A stretch of 64,000 bases of DNA from NCBI GenBank assembly GCA_010015805.1, contig ML978128.1, positions 1,736,001 through 1,800,000 on the forward strand. Direction: 5' to 3'. This DNA is from Rhizodiscina lignyota (Eukaryota). The notes beneath the pieces were generated by a model. That model was not told where the DNA came from and ran no database searches. It saw only the letters and a list, made by a program, of their open reading frames with translations. Positions 10,629 to 22,968 of the stretch are shown here, piece by piece (the stretch's first letter is position 1; every line of letters starts with the position of its first letter). The position numbers and the translations under genes were made by a program.

Positions 10629-12993
10629 ATGATCATGGCTGAATCTTGTACGGGTCAGATCGAAGATTACAACTGGATTTTGGAAGATTCTATCGATGAC
10701 TCTGCCACCGCACTCGACTTTGCTTTCGAGAGCAGCATCAACTACTCACTTGAAAAGTACGAAAGCTTCCCGCCAATTGATAACTCCAGTGAGATAGGTG
10801 TTGGCGTGGATATCCTTCATCACTCAGCGCCTGCAATGGCTCTCAAGCCCGACGATGTGCTAACGGACGATTTTCAACACTATATGGACGCGTTGATTCT
10901 GCCGAGTTTGGACCTCCAGCCATTTGGCGCTGTCTATGGCACCAATCCAGCAGCAACAGAGAACAGCGGCGAGCAGGAGACCGCCCCTGTACATGGAGAT
11001 ACCGGAGATGACAGGGACCTTGGACCGTCGCATCCAATATTACCAAAAGCAATTCACCCTCAGTCAACCATAAAACGTCCCAGGCTCGAGAAAGGAGCAA
11101 AGACTGTTCTCGTGGATTGGTTTAACGCGCATGATAAATACCCATATCCCTCCACGGCCGATTTACATGCCCTTTCCAGCAAAACCGGATTGTCCCTGAA
11201 ACAGTTACGAACGTGGTTTACAAACAGAAGAGCGCGAATTGAGATGCAAGGTGAGAAGCACCACCAACAAACGAATGCTCACTGACTTGTCTTTTCCAGC
11301 TGAACACCCTGACGCCCAGCACTATGCGTCGATAGCTGTGGCATCAAAATCGCTGTCTAATGGCATTGAGGGTTCTAACCGGAATCAGGATCGGGCTTCA
11401 TAACCAGATGCGTTATGCAAGAGCAGCAAGGCGATTTCCCCCGGCAGATCCTCCGAGTTTCACTGCAGGGTGAAAGCACACTCTACCTCCGAAAATGCTT
11501 CAACATCCAACCAAAAATCTTCCATCCAAGCTATACCTGGAAGCGCACCCTTGTTATCTAGGAGTCCTAGCCTTGGACCCATTGAGGACACTTCCAACCA
11601 TCCAGAACGACACGACCACATGCCTTTGACTAGCGTGAATCTCGAGAGACTTAAGAGACAGGAGCATTCCACCATAACTGGAGTCGATGCTAGTCTTCAC
11701 AGATTCTTCCATTCGCTAGAATTGGAAGCTGCAATTGGTGGCCATGACAAGTTGTGTGAAATGACATTCAGCGACGACGCCATCATCTCAAGCATCGGGG
11801 CCCACGACAGCAGGCCGTCAGAGATGTTGCCCGCGAGTGATTGCGGGGCCCCAACGCTTTCTATTAAAAAGCGGAAACTTTCCATCCCAATCGATCCGCC
11901 AGGGTTAGAAAGACCAACTTCAACGTCAGGTCCATCTGACTTTGCACAAGCATTGCCAGTTCCACCTTTTAGCACACATACGATGGAGTACGACGAGCTT
12001 GGCTATCATCGCACTTCCATTTCGTGCTGGGAAACCTCTAATTTGGATACAATAAGCACCGTCCATTCAGGGTCCACGGCAGGCTCTGCCGCATCATCAA
12101 GATCCAGTGGTCGCAAAGGCAAGAGGCGATACAATCTTACATTTGAGAGCCCGAGTGATATGAAGCCCTTGGATATGAGTCCGAGCCCCTGGAAACAGTT
12201 TGCTCTTAGGCCGGTAGATACGCTGAGATCTGGATGGATTTGCACCTTCTGCAGGAAAGATTGTAAAAGAAAGTATGACTGGGCACGCCACGAGCAAACT
12301 CATGTTCAGAATGCCGAAAATTGGGTCTGTATGCCGAACAACACGCCTTTCGAGGATGGCAAATGCGCATTTTGCGCAAAGCGCGTCTCAGAGTTTCCAA
12401 CTTCAAGCGAACTGTCGGCTCATGGAAAACAGCACCAGGTTGAGTTGTGTCTCAAGAAAACTATTGCCGAAAGGTCCTACGGAAGGAAAGATCTTCTGAA
12501 GGCGCATATCAGACGATGCCACTCTGATGAACCATCAAGGGACCCATTTCCAGCACTTCATCTTGGTATGGTTCTGCCTGCCTGGATTCGAGAAGGCGAT
12601 GCTTCTAAACTTTCCCGGAGGGCACTGTGGTGCGGATTTTGTGGAACATTGCATGAAAGCTGGAAAAGCAGGCTTGATGATGTTGCCTTACACTACCAAG
12701 ATGGAAGCCTCCTCGGTGACTGGAAAGGTACTTGGAGCTGCGCTTGGCTTAGACCTTTCTCGTGGACCATGAACGGATGCAACGAATGCGACAGACGTTG
12801 CTCCGATCTAGGAGGATGGAGTACTTTTTCTTATTGCTCAACTCATCAGAAGATGGGTATCAGTTTCTCTACATGTTCTATGGTTTGCTCCGATGCCGAT
12901 GTCTTCTTGCACCATGTGCGATTCACGCACGACGTCAGTGATGATATGCAGCACGAGCAACAAATCCTTAGACATGCTGCGATGTCCTTCTGA
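10629..12993 (+). CDS. Homeodomain plus C2H2 zinc-finger transcription factor-like gene; intron from 11251; in-frame TAA at 11401-11403 (alternatively spliced gene or pseudogene)
   Basis: Homeodomain LVDWFNAHDKYPYPS...LSLKQLRTWFTNRRAR; downstream WICTFCRKDCKRKYDWARHEQTH, WVCMP, CAFC, RKDLLKAHIRRCH, WCGFCG typical of fungal homeobox/C2H2 factors. Confidence 0.75.
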
Positions 12994-13179
12994 TACTGAG
13001 TAGACTACATCCTGCAGAGTAATACCACCGTATTCATAGCACTAAACAAACGAGCTTGAATGGAGACATCTCTGGTTCATATTGTTCAACAAAATCACCA
13101 TGAACAATGCAGTGAAGGCCCTGAGCTAAATACGTAGAGGCCGCCGTTGTTGTCTTGATCGAAAGATTTCTGCTAGTCT

Positions 13180-14145
13180 CTAGGAAGATAGCTTGACTTT
13201 CAATAGCTTTTCCGCATTCTTATACGCAATCGCCTCAAACTGCTCCTTCGTCACTAAACCGCTCTTCTCAAGATCCTCCATGAACTTGAGTCCGTTGCCA
13301 TTGTCTGCGAAAGGGTAGTCCACAGAGTAAAGTATATTCTCAATCTTCGTGTTCCGCATGAGCGTCGCCATGGGGTTGACACTCCACACGCCGCTCGTGG
13401 TGATGAAGATGTTCTCGTCGTAGACCGTTTGGAAGACCCGCTTCCTGTCACCCCAGCGCTTCGACAGCACGCATATCCGCTCCAGCATAAATGGCAGCAT
13501 CTCACCAAAGTGGCCGATAACGAGCTTCAGCTTCGGGAACTCGTCGAATAGCCCGGAAGCGAAAAGCTTCAGCACGTGCACGCCGACGTCCTGGTGCCAG
13601 CCAAAGCCCGACGCGCCAAGGCTTCTTGATGTCCCTGCTGTGAAGTTGCCAGTATAGAGCATCTGGCTCATTTCGTCAGTTGGCCAGCTCGGATGGAGAT
13701 AGATCGGGACGTCGAGCTCCTCTGCCTTCTTCCAAACAGATCGATAGTTCTGGCCGTCGTAATAAGTGCCGCTTGTGTGGTTGTCGATGAGCGCGCCCAA
13801 GAACCCAAGTTCCTTCACCGTTCGCTCCAATTCTTTGGTAGCCTCCTCTGGATTGCTCATTGGCAGCACGGCGAAGGCCTTGAAGCGCTCTGGCTGTTTC
13901 TTAACTGCTTGGGCAAGCTCGTTGTTTGCATCGAATGCTCCCTGGACGGATGGATTGCAGGGCGCATGTGAGATTATCTGAAGATTGATCTTGCCGCGGT
14001 CCATTTCTGAGAGGCGCACTTTATCAAGATCATAGAGCTGGTTTTTCAGCGCAGCGAGCCATTTGAGTTGTTCCACATAGCGAGCATCATTGACCATGGA
14101 GCTGGAGATGAAATGCTCCTCGAGAGTGATGAGAGGTGGCACCAT
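13180..14145 (-). CDS. Amidohydrolase_2 family protein (ACMSD / hydroxybenzoate-decarboxylase-like)
   Basis: ITLEEHF, IYLHP, IGHFGEMLPF, YSVDYPF metal-binding motifs; single 321-aa ORF. Confidence 0.92.
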   Translation of the reverse strand: MVPPLITLEEHFISSSMVNDARYVEQLKWLAALKNQLYDLDKVRLSEMDRGKINLQIISHAPCNPSVQGAFDANNELAQAVKKQPERFKAFAVLPMSNPEEATKELERTVKELGFLGALIDNHTSGTYYDGQNYRSVWKKAEELDVPIYLHPSWPTDEMSQMLYTGNFTAGTSRSLGASGFGWHQDVGVHVLKLFASGLFDEFPKLKLVIGHFGEMLPFMLERICVLSKRWGDRKRVFQTVYDENIFITTSGVWSVNPMATLMRNTKIENILYSVDYPFADNGNGLKFMEDLEKSGLVTKEQFEAIAYKNAEKLLKVKLSS

Positions 14146-14527
14146 GATGGAGACTCTTTGACGACACGAAATACAATTGAAGAATCAAAGAAATGCGAAA
14201 GTTTGAATGTCAGAAACGAAACACGATCAGAGCTCAAATACCTTTTAAGTCCGCGGTTCACTCGACAATGTTGAGCTGAGATGCGGAGAAGTCGGCCACC
14301 GAGTCTCCGGATTGAGTAACACCTGAATGCATGACGTTCGACCAGAAGCTCACCTTTAACTCAATTCATCAATTCTACAACAGTGACCGACGACAGGAAG
14401 CACAGTGTTTACAATCACGGAATCCAATGATGGGCCAAGGGACCAGGCTCGCCGAAGCCGGGGAGATGCTCTTTTTGATGCCGTAAGAGAAGACGATTTC
14501 CGAGCCGAACTCCAGCACAGCAACAAC

Positions 14528-14540
14528 GATAACCGATAAG
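14528..14540 (+). promoter_or_regulatory. Tandem GATAA sites (putative AreA/NIT2 nitrogen-control elements) in the divergent amidohydrolase/hydantoinase promoter
   Basis: cGATAAccGATAAG about 140-150 nt upstream of the hydantoinase ATG. Confidence 0.4.
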
Positions 14541-14679
14541 AGCTTTCAGCTCTCCAAATGCATGGTAATGTACTCTTATGCTGAATTGATGCTTTCAGGT
14601 CTTCAGACTAAGCGTTGATGCTGCATATTTCTCGAGATTTCTGTCCACCTTCGCTGTTCGGTCATTTCCATTTTCGGTA

Positions 14680-16482
14680 ATGGCGATATCGGAGTACGAT
14701 CTCGTTATACTCAATGCTCTCCTCATCACAGATACAGAGACAAAAGAATGTGACATTTCGGTGAAGAATGAGAAGATCGATTCTATCACTGCGAAGGGAG
14801 CTTTGAAAGATGCCAAAGCAAAGAAAGTTATTGATGCAGAAGGCGGATATGTCATGGTACTCTACACCTTTCATTTATCTCCCCCATGCTTCACAATACA
14901 AGGGGGATCTCTTGCCCCATGCCTCGCATTCGAGCTTTCATATTTGATTGTGTAGGAGGCAGCAGCTTATAGAAACTCTGCTCGAATTTGAACCCATTCA
15001 AATCTTTCTCTTTCTTCACGCTGGGGCCCTGCCTATCTGCGAGTCGTACCAAGAAGCTGCAGCTTTTAGTTGATCCCTAAGCCTCCTTGATTACGCGTAC
15101 CCCAGCTTTGTCAAGTCTGTTGTGAGATATGCTGCCGTACTTAGTCCAATGTTAACTTTGAAATCCAGCCAGGTGGCATCGATGCCCATGTCCACCTCCA
15201 AGAGCCTCCTCTCTTCGGTAAAGGCTCCACGGCCGACAATTTCGAGACCGGCACCCGCTCTGCCATATGCGGAGGGACAACGACGATCATCCCATTTGCT
15301 CCTCAGCAGAAACATGAGGACTCCCTGCTCCCTATCCTCGCGGCCACGCATGCAAAGGCCGAAAACAACTGCTACACCGACTATGGCTTCCACATGCTGC
15401 TCGCCAACCCGTCCGACACCACGCTCTCCGAGTTCGCCAAGCTGCGCAGCGACGAGGGCATCTCGAGCCTAAAGATATACATGACGTACGCCGCATTGCA
15501 GCTAAACGATGGCCAGATCCTCGACGTGCTGCTCGAGGCGCGCAAGCAACGCATTACCACCATGATCCATGCCGAGAACAACGATGTCATCCTGTGGATG
15601 ACGCGGCAGCTCGAGAAGCGCGGCATGTTCGCGCCCAAGTACCACGCTACGTCGCATCCGGCGATGGCGGAGTTCGAAGCGACGTACAGGGCTATCTGTC
15701 TGTCTGAGTTTATTGATGCACCGATACTGCTGGTGCATATTAGCAGTCCGACTGCGACGGAGCATATCCGCTCGGCGCAGAAGAAGGGTCTTCCGATTTA
15801 CGCGGAGACTTGTCCGCAATATGTCTTCCTGACGAAGCATGATCTAGACAAGCCGGGCTTCGAGGGAGCGAAATGTGTATGTAGTCCGCCGCCACGCGAG
15901 TCGCAGCTTGACCACGAAGCGATATGGAAGGGTCTCGAGGACGGTACGTTCACAGTGCTGTCATCCGACCATTGCCCATTCACCTACGACGACCCTGAGA
16001 ACGGGAAGAAGAGCAGCATCACGGCAGAGTATCCAGTCGGGCACTTCAAGTACATACCGAACGGCTGTCCCGGAGTAGAAACCCGTCTACCTCTCGCGTT
16101 GTCCGCACAGCGGCTAGAGATGCAGAAGTTCGTCGAAGTGACGAGCACGAATGCCGCAAAGCTGTATGGCTTGTATCCTCGAAAGGGAGCGGTGATGCCA
16201 GGCCAGTCCGACGCGGATCTCGTAGTGTGGTATCCGCCGGGTAAGATGAAGGAGTTTGCGCTGAAGAATGAGATGCTGCATCATAATGTGGACTATACGC
16301 CGTACGAGGACAAGACGATCAAGCAGTGGCCGAGGTATACGATTCTGAGAGGCGAGGTGATGTGGGATCGGGACGGAGGCGGTCTGCTGGGAAAGAAAGG
16401 ATATGGAAATTTCGTGAAAAGAGGGCCCAGCTCGTTGGCAGGTAGTCGAAGTGAGGGTGAGTGGGATATTGTTGGATTCTGA
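14680..16482 (+). CDS. Dihydropyrimidinase / D-hydantoinase; intron 14857-15168
   Basis: VIDAEGGYVM|PGGIDAHVHLQE after splicing, GISSLKIYMTY (carbamylated Lys), MIHAEN, VHIS, VLSSDHCPF, PNGCPGVETR, DADLVVW. Confidence 0.94.
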
Positions 16483-17135
16483 GAATGAATTGTTATATTT
16501 CTCAATGATCTGGTTGAGATTCCGCTTGAACTGAACTCGAGACTGGATTGTGATATCTCTGTACGCCCTCTCATCGACACTTCGATTATGTCGAGATGAG
16601 TGCTCGTGATGCAGTCAAAAGTAAATATAGCCCAGATCTGACCTACCGCAGCGTCTGGCTCCTCTTGATGAATAAATGCAGTTATTTTGCGAAAATTATA
16701 CTAATCTAAATGGAAATCTACTCATGTCGGTGTTGGACGGGCCCGTGGACAGCCGCAACGGTTGAAGATGTTCACGTAAGCTGTGCAGACGCTGTAGAGG
16801 CGCACACGAGGAAGATTAGTATGTACGTGCGGGTTTGGTTGGCTATTTCGATAACATTTGGATTTGCCTCTCGAATCGAGAAGGCCAGATACTGTACATT
16901 TCCAGCGCTGATATTCTATGTCCAGGCTTATGTGCCTTATCCAAACCCCAATCCGGTGCTATGCATATCGCGAAATCGTTCCGACCCAAATCTTGAAAAC
17001 AACCAGCGCCATGCAATGCAATCATAATCTATACACGTTCCAAACAAATGGGATATCCCGCGCTGTGAAGCCAAAAGCAAATATGTAATGGTCGTGACGT
17101 CGTGTCGTGTCGGCGCAACGATATCCAGCATGCGC

Positions 17136-18793
17136 CTATAGTGTGATCAAACCTACTCCCATGGCCATGCCAATAGTGGCAACCGCCATGCATCCCCATA
17201 TTCTCAGTCCCTCGCCAGCCAAGACCGTTCTGTCCGCGCCACTGGTGATGCCAGACGGGAGCCCGCCGTTGCGCGCACCACCACTGCTCACAGCTGCCGT
17301 CGTGACGGCGTTCTGGATGATTGTTGCATCGGGAACAGCGTTATCGCCCGTACCAATCTCCTGCACATTCGACGACGTCGCATTGAAATTCGTCGCAGCG
17401 AGCGAGATCTCGTTATTCGCGAGGTCGTACACGACGTAAGCTGAGCGGAGGAAGGTGTCGCCGAGCACAGGAGTGGAGTCGCCAGCTGGAGCGATGCCTA
17501 GAACAATGTTTCGTTAGCTACAGGAGCGATTTGAATTTTTTGGGATTTTGCGCGGCTGCATGTAGGGGTCAGGGGACCTCGTATCCCCTAAATAGGAAAG
17601 ACATCGCAATTGGTGTGCTTTGGCGTGTGCTGAAACGCGCCAAGTGGTGCAGGGAACGTGAAACTCACCGAGGATGCAAATGGGGTCGCCGTTGCCACGA
17701 ATCGCGGCGACAACGACGAGCTCGTTAAGGGGCACGGAGATGGTCGGTGAAGAGAAGGTGAAGTCGACTGATTCGTCCTGGTTTGCAAGATTGCAGTCGA
17801 CAATTGCGGCTCCTTCGTTCTGCTGATAGTCTGCGTTGAAGACTTGGAAGAGGCTGTTGGCGATGTCGTCAGGTAGATACGTCAAGCTGCTACCAGAGTC
17901 GAGGAGTACGGGAACAGCATTGCTCGTGTCGTTAAACACCGATTGATTCGCGGCGGACACCCCTGTTAGAGCAATGATGAACTCTCGAAATTCGCCTTGT
18001 TCTTTAATGAGTGGGAGGGTCGAAAGTTGACCGTGGTATTTATCCGTATCAACGCCTCCAAAGAGGATGGAGCCGGTGTTTGCCTCGAAATCGTTGAGCC
18101 AGAGACTGTAGGCCGGAGACTGGATGATGTTGCTGTTTACCAGCGATGTGGGAAGGTTGCGGTATGTCTGGCCAGTTGCTGCGAGCTGCACCTCATTTGA
18201 TTCGTAGCCAATGCCTAGAATGCCGTTCTGGGAGGTGGAATTGTATCCAATGCCGAACTGCATATTATCGATGCTCGTACTACCGATCTTGAGAGTGTCG
18301 GTTGCGTAGTCGCCCTCAGCAAAGGTGCCATCGGCATATTTGATAGAGAAATCGCTATTGACGTAGTTGTAAGAGTCCGAGCTATTCGCATCATAGGTAC
18401 CGGAGATGGCGCAGAAATTTCCTTGCTCAGAACATATTTGAGAGTTCGGTGCGTTGGCCCACAGGTCGCTGCTACCGGTATCGATGTCGAGGCGAAGCTG
18501 CTGTCCTCCAAGGGAGATGTTGACAAAATATAAGGTTTCCTCGTTATCCAACTGAGCTGTGAGCGTATTTTGGCGGCGTCTTAATTGATCCCTAATGTGT
18601 GGGTTGGTAATTTGCTTCCTTTCCGTCTGTAAGCCAAGAACTGCGGGAGGGCCCTAAACTGTAAGGTTAGAAGACTATCCATCTCGTAATTTGTTGTAAT
18701 TTGATATATACTTGCATTTGTTCTTTCGACCAAGTGAATTGCATATGTGAGTTCCAAGAGAGCGGCGGACAGAGCGAAAATGGTTATTCTCAT
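17136..18793 (-). CDS. Secreted, probably GPI-anchored pepsin-like aspartic protease (yapsin/OpsB-like); 2 introns (about 18655-18711 and 17498-17668)
   Basis: Signal peptide; catalytic DTGS and DSGS motifs; LGDTFLRSAYVVYDL; hydrophobic C-terminal tail after a small-residue omega region. Confidence 0.93.
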
Positions 18794-20509
18794 TTTGGGC
18801 GGTTATGGACAAAGATCGTGGCGAAACTACTGGACAGCGCCGAAGTCGAAAATGATGTGCAACTCAATTACTTATTGGGAGTGACGAACGGGAAAGAGCG
18901 AGAAAGAAGGGAACAGCAAGTACTTTAAACAGTAGACCAGGGTTTGAAGCAGTTTCAAGGGAAGTCGTAATCCTCAGGGCTGCGCGTGCGTAGTCTTAGC
19001 GTTGATCTTGTAGGTCTTGGGATGACGCGGCGTCAAGGCGTACGCATCCACAAACGCCGTCATAGACGCTGGGAAACAAAAAAGTGGCGCTAGACAAAAC
19101 CCCCGGGTGCCACGGGTTAGAGACATGCAAGCCTCAGAGGCTTGGCGAGCGGAATTGTGACATATCTTTGCTCTCGGCGGCACTGCCATGCGTGAGCCCT
19201 GCGATAATCATTTCATGAGAAACCCCTCAACGAACAGTCTCCACGCCGTTTGCGGCGATGCAGGCTCGTGGGCCCGTGGCTGTGCACAACGTTTCGCGCA
19301 TCAGCGGGCATCCGGCGGAGTCCCGGGAAAGACAAAGACAGACACAGACGTCTTGCGACGCTTCGTCACCAAGGCGAGCCGAGCGGATTGGCTCGTTTCT
19401 TGGTCCAGGGAAGCGAACAAACCGGCCGCACCACGCTGCATGTCCTGGGATGAAGTCACGATGGAGTCCAGACGCAGCCAATGACAATATCACCGGTAGA
19501 GACGCTGGGTAAGCGATTGTGGGGTGAGGATGTTGTTTGCACGAGGCATTGGATTATCCGTTTGAAGAACTTGACGCGGCTCTTGCTGACAGAATGTAAG
19601 CCAAGCCTTGCACGACATGCTTCCTAACAACCGGCTATCCCGTGACTGCCGGCATTGCGACGTCTCTCTGGGCGTGACCCGCACACGTCGCATTTCTAAC
19701 TTCTCACAGAAGGCGCTGGACACGCAAAGCGCATCGCTGCGGAGCGGATCCGCTCTTGCAATCGGACGGAACTGGTGTTCGGAAACGGACTTTAGAGAGG
19801 CGATGACAGGAGCCACCAACTGTGACTTTGCACGTTTGGGGAGGAGCTGATACCTGTGTTCCAAGAAAAGAACGGATCCCTCCACCCTCGACGTCGGCCG
19901 CCTGCCATCGGATTTCCCGACCTCTGATCATGTAATACAAGGATTTGATCCAAAGATTGGTTCAGCCGCGGATAGATCCGAGTAAGGCAAGGCGAGAGGA
20001 AAGACGTGGAATTTCAAGTGGGATTCCCCAGGTCTTGGCTGACTTGTCTGATCGTGGCTGCAGGATGCATCTGACAAGACTATTTCAATTTGTTGCCATA
20101 TGTATGCATATCGTCAGGCGAATCGATTGCCTCATAATTGATGACACTGAAATATATTGCCTCGAACGGCAACGAACTGCATATCACGCTGACGGTCCCG
20201 CTTGCACCGCAGTTCAGCGCCGATTTGCGTGGACATCGAGGCTGAATGAAGGCTGAAGAGGCCCCAAGGCTGTGAATCGGAAAATTACAGACGAGCATAC
20301 GTGTAGGTCCCTATAGCTTGTAGATTAGTTTTCAAATTATAGATCGGTTTAACATTTTTAAACTCATCGTATCGAGCCGACGCCAAGAATAGAGGCCTGC
20401 AGGTGAGAAGCTTGGGTTGGACGACCAACCGAAGATGTGTTGGATGTCCGGCCTGAGGCCTGAAACTCGGCCGGGGTTCATGTTGCCGCATCCCTGCTTA
20501 CACGTGCCT

Positions 20510-20541
20510 ACGCGTAAAGTGGTTTTCGTTTTCGCACGCGT
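20510..20541 (+). promoter_or_regulatory. Two MCB (ACGCGT) boxes upstream of RFC4
   Basis: ACGCGT at 20510-20515 and 20536-20541, 35-67 nt upstream of the ATG of a DNA-replication gene. Confidence 0.6.
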
Positions 20542-20576
20542 CTGTTGTGACGACATTTAAATTCACATCACCCACA

Positions 20577-21748
20577 ATGGCACAGGCAGAGTCTTCGACG
20601 GCACGTAACGGTATCAAGGCCAATGCCAATGGAGCTGCTCCAGGCTATGAGCTGCCATGGTAAACCACCAGCCACCTCGAGAGAGGAGTTAAGAGACTGA
20701 TCTGGAATAGGGTCGAGAAGTACCGCCCCGTCTACCTCGACGACATTGTCGGCAACACTGAGACGATCGAACGGCTAAAGATCATCGCAAAGGATGGGAA
20801 CATGCCACACGTTATTATATCCGGCATGCCTGGAATCGGCAAGACGACCTCCATACTTTGCCTCGCGCGGCAACTGCTGGGTGACGCATACAAAGAGGCC
20901 GTGCTCGAGCTCAATGCGAGCGATGAACGCGGTATCGACGTTGTTCGCAATCGTATCAAAGGCTTCGCGCAAAAGAAGGTCACACTGCCACCCGGAAGGC
21001 AGAAGATAGTTATTCTGGATGAAGCAGACAGCATGACCGGAGGTGCTCAACAGGCGCTGCGCCGAACGATGGAGATATACTCGGCCACAACGCGCTTTGC
21101 CTTCGCATGTAACCAGTCGAACAAGATTATCGAGCCGCTGCAGTCTCGTTGCGCAATCCTGAGATACGCCCGCCTTACGGACGCTCAGGTCGTCATGCGC
21201 CTTCAACAGATCGTCAAAGCCGAGAACGTGGAGTGCTCTGAAGACGGATTGGCTGCGCTAGTCTTCAGTGCGGAGGGAGACATGAGGCAGGCCATCAATA
21301 ATCTGCAGTCGACATACAGTGGATTTGGCTTTGTCTCTGGTGACAACGTCTTCAAAGTCGTGGACAGTCCACATCCGGTCAAAGTGCAAGCGATGATCAA
21401 GATGTGTGGAGAACAAAAGATTGACCAGGCGCTGGATGTTCTGCAGGAGCTATGGTAAGTCTCTCAGACGAACCTACGATTGATGTCTTGATACTAGAGC
21501 TGACTCGACTCAGGGATTTGGGCTACTCCTGCCATGATATCATCACAACCATGTTCAAGGTCACAAAGTCGATACCCTCGCTATCGGAGCACGCGAAGCT
21601 CGAGTTCATAAAGGAGATTGGCTTCACGCACATGCGCATACTGGAAGGAGTACAGACGTTCCTGCAGCTTTCGGGTTGTGTGGCGCGCCTGTGTAAGATC
21701 AACATGGACCCGAAGGTATTCTCTCTGCCGAAACATGACTTGATCTGA
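20577..21748 (+). CDS. RFC4: Replication factor C small subunit (yeast Rfc4 / human RFC2); introns 20660-20710, 21455-21513
   Basis: [20 protein letters not shown] Walker [42 protein letters not shown]. Confidence 0.95.
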
Positions 21749-22075
21749 TACGATTCTGCCGTTGAGGAAAGGCACGTATGGAAGCAAGGGAATATTGCAT
21801 TAGCGCGGCGTTGGGGATAATTTCTGCATTTTAAGTTGCTGATGTGCTTTCAGTGATGGCTAGATCGCCATACTGCGACCAAATGTGAGGATATAGCTTC
21901 ATGGATATTCTTTCCATTTCTCCCGTCTTCCTTTGTTCGTGATGTGAGTCCGCTTGTTCTAAGCCATGCCCCGCTTCATGAAGGAACATAGCTTTCAATA
22001 TCCAGAGTGGTCTGTTGGACCTAAACGCCATGCGCCGCCGCTAATATGCAAAATCAAATCTTCCTTGTGAGACAA

Positions 22076-22519
22076 TCACTCCTCAGCTTGCGCTCTGGAA
22101 GCTTGATACTCCTCCACGCTTGTTCCATCGCGACTGTTACGATTAGCTTCCACACCCATCCCTTCCGTGCAACTCATCACTTACGGAATATACTGCACCC
22201 CCGCCTCCAACGCATCCTGTATCCGATCCTCATTCAGCGTGCCCACCACCTTAACCGCATACACCCCCGGCACATAGTCCTGCAGCCTCTGCCACTTAGC
22301 CACCCAGCTCGTCTTGGGGTCGTTCAATGCGATCATGCCCTCGAACACCGCGGACGTGCACTCGTTCACCGACTCGCTGGAGCGTATCAGGTCGAGGAAG
22401 TCGCAGTTCGGACAGCCGCCTTGTATGAAGGCTTTGTATTCGAGGACGATGGAGCAGATCATGCAGGCGCGCAGGCCGCGCGTGGTGCCGGGGCGGACGG
22501 CGGGGGTTTGGTCGGCCAT
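22076..22519 (-). CDS. SPT4: Transcription elongation factor Spt4; short intron near the 3' end (about 22134-22184)
   Basis: LRACMICSIV, GCPNC, NECTSAVFEG, SWVAKWQRL, PGVYAVKV; splicing restores the YIPRDG C-terminus. Confidence 0.95.
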
Positions 22520-22968
22520 TTTGGGGAGAGGGAGAGGAGTTGAGGATGGGTCGAGAATAGAAGCAGGAGTAGAAGGATGGAATGTAAGATGTTGGTGTTG
22601 GCTGTTGGTGTAACTTATTGAAGCTGGCCGTTTTCGCCTTTGAAGTTTACCCGGAGTATCTCCGGCTTCGTCTCGACTGGCCTGCACGTTATTAATATTT
22701 CCCAAAGGCAGTCCTTCAATAGTCGAATTCGACACACCATCATCACTAACAATACCTGATATGAAGAGACCAAATTTTGTCCAGGAACCCCTAATAATCT
22801 GAAATTTGTCATGTCGGTGTCACTTTGTCATTAAACGCACTGTACGGTGCGATACTCGCTCTTAAACTACACGACTTTGAGCATAAAACCACGCAACCAA
22901 ATACTAATTTGAAGGCCCAAATAACGGTTCCAGACGTGCTTTGATGAATTACCAACTCTAAGTTAGCT

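Noticed and set aside
14857..15168. Possible intronic TPP riboswitch
   Set aside because: The conserved CUGAGA and downstream TPP aptamer core are not present, and the host gene is not thiamine-related
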